Source: Lepidodermella squamata (Eukaryota; Animalia; Gastrotricha). From it: a DNA stretch of 64,000 nt. The stretch lies in contig JBLDXI010000024.1 of the NCBI GenBank assembly GCA_047495785.1, positions 744,001-808,000 on the forward strand, given 5' to 3'. Under the pieces are notes generated by a model. The model was not told where the DNA came from. It searched no databases and saw only the letters and a list, made by a program, of their open reading frames with translations. How positions within the stretch are numbered: position 1 is the first letter of the stretch; the number at the start of each line of letters is the position of its first letter. Position numbers and translations under genes: made by a program. Below are positions 62,822 through 64,000 of this stretch, in pieces.

Positions 62822-64000
62822 ATGTCAGTAATTTCAAGAGCTTTTATTCTTATTCTAGCGTCGACATCAGCTCGATGCGATGTTTATATGCATAACCCAC
62901 GTGGTTCAAACGACCGGCTGAATGCTGAAGACGCGCAGCGACAAAATGCGAACCGGCTGTTCGACTCGCAGAACAACGCGAAGGGCGGGTATAACGTCGG
63001 CGAAACTACGTCACAGCGAGCGGCAACCGAGGCTGAATTCTACCGCATGTTGTACTTCCAAAGCGGGGCAAATGCGAACGAAGAGACGTACCTGCCCATC
63101 GAATGGACGAATCAGCACGGCTGCGCGACGGAAAATACCGAGCTGACGTGTAATCTCGTTGTTCAAATGCTGTGCCAGCCCGATGTCAAGGTAACGCCGC
63201 CTGAATGGGAGATTCGCGACGGCCAAACCGAGCAGACAGTTCGATTTTCGAACCCGCAAAGCAACGAAGATCTGCAACGTCAAAACCAGCGTCGAGCGAA
63301 CGATTTGAACAACGCGAATGAGGGTGTCAACGAGCCGTGGGAATGGTATAACGAGTGCTACCAACGTGAAAGAAATGTCAATCTGTTCACTGCTGAGCGG
63401 AAATTGAATACGATCAACCTGAATAACGCTCAGTATTCTTCAGCGATTTTTACGCGGCAGAATAACAACGGGAATCGACATGGCTACGAATGCCCTGAGG
63501 AAAGGGACTACTATCCGTATTTCGGCCCATCGCCCTGGAAAGATATCGCTATTTTGACGGATTCGCAGGGCGGCAGGTGCAGCTATTTCAAGTCTAACAG
63601 CTTTTCTGGGACTCGAAGCCGAGGTGTCTGTGCAGCGGCTGACGGAACCCGGCAGCCGAGCCAATATCGGTACAACAACGCAACATCCTGCGCCGCTGCT
63701 GGTTTTGCCTGGTTTCAGGTGTTCAATTTTCTCGAAAAAGCCACTCGTAAGTATAGCAAATAAATAAATAAAAAATTATTAATTTTATTGTAAACAGAAT
63801 TCACCTCGGAATCGTCTTGTACCGGAGCTTCAACCAATAAAATTAACTACATTTGGGCTGTCCCATGGGATGCCAAGAACGTCAAGACCCCGGAGTGCCT
63901 AGTTCAGATGCCTGATCCAGACTGCTCCGAGGGTCCATGGACGCGCTCGAACCATCTTGGAAACACGAAAAGTGGCGATGCACCCCGATACACATGGACG
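62822..64000 (+). CDS. Protein DD3-3-like secreted protein, 3' part outside the window
   Basis: Signal peptide, then DVYMHNPRGSN.RLN, NANRLFDSQNN.KGGYNVG, IEWTNQHGC, TRQNNNGNR.GYECPEERDYYPY..PSPWKDIA, WTRSNHLGN; intron at ~63748-63798. Confidence 0.85.

Noticed and set aside
1-64000. CRISPR arrays, prokaryotic systems, non-canonical introns or a variant genetic code
   Set aside because: No repeat-spacer arrays; every intron I resolved is GT-AG, and conserved genes translate normally with the standard code.

Overview
Compact, gene-dense animal (invertebrate) nuclear DNA with mostly ~50-60 nt GT-AG introns; the species cannot be named from this window. I reconstructed about 21 protein-coding genes by hand-splicing: a Ly6/three-finger GPI protein, a Nudix hydrolase, cereblon, PM20D1, WDR91, ribophorin I, FTSJ3/SPB1, WASHC4, three tandem alpha-1,3-fucosyltransferases, a 4xCUB protein, THUMPD3, neuroguidin, C18orf21/RMP24, a PMCA-like P-type ATPase, a sushi-ankyrin protein, three small Gly-rich membrane proteins and a DD3-3 homolog. 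Mobile DNA includes two copies of one LINE family (both with target-site duplications), several MITEs and a probable Kolobok-like relic. Highlights: (1) a ~1.13 kb unit bounded by ~113-bp inverted repeats whose only cargo is an array of seven tRNA-derived sequences; (2) an intact PMCA-type pump gene that has lost the phosphoacceptor Asp and essentially every ATP-hydrolysis motif while keeping its membrane domain; (3) same-strand gene runs separated by only 49-141 nt, with splice-acceptor-like AGs before the start codons, suggesting operons with SL trans-splicing; (4) a conserved pseudoknot/k-turn-like 3' UTR in the tail-less LINE; (5) an apparently secreted sushi-ankyrin fusion. All calls come from reading the sequence and remembered family motifs; no searches were run.
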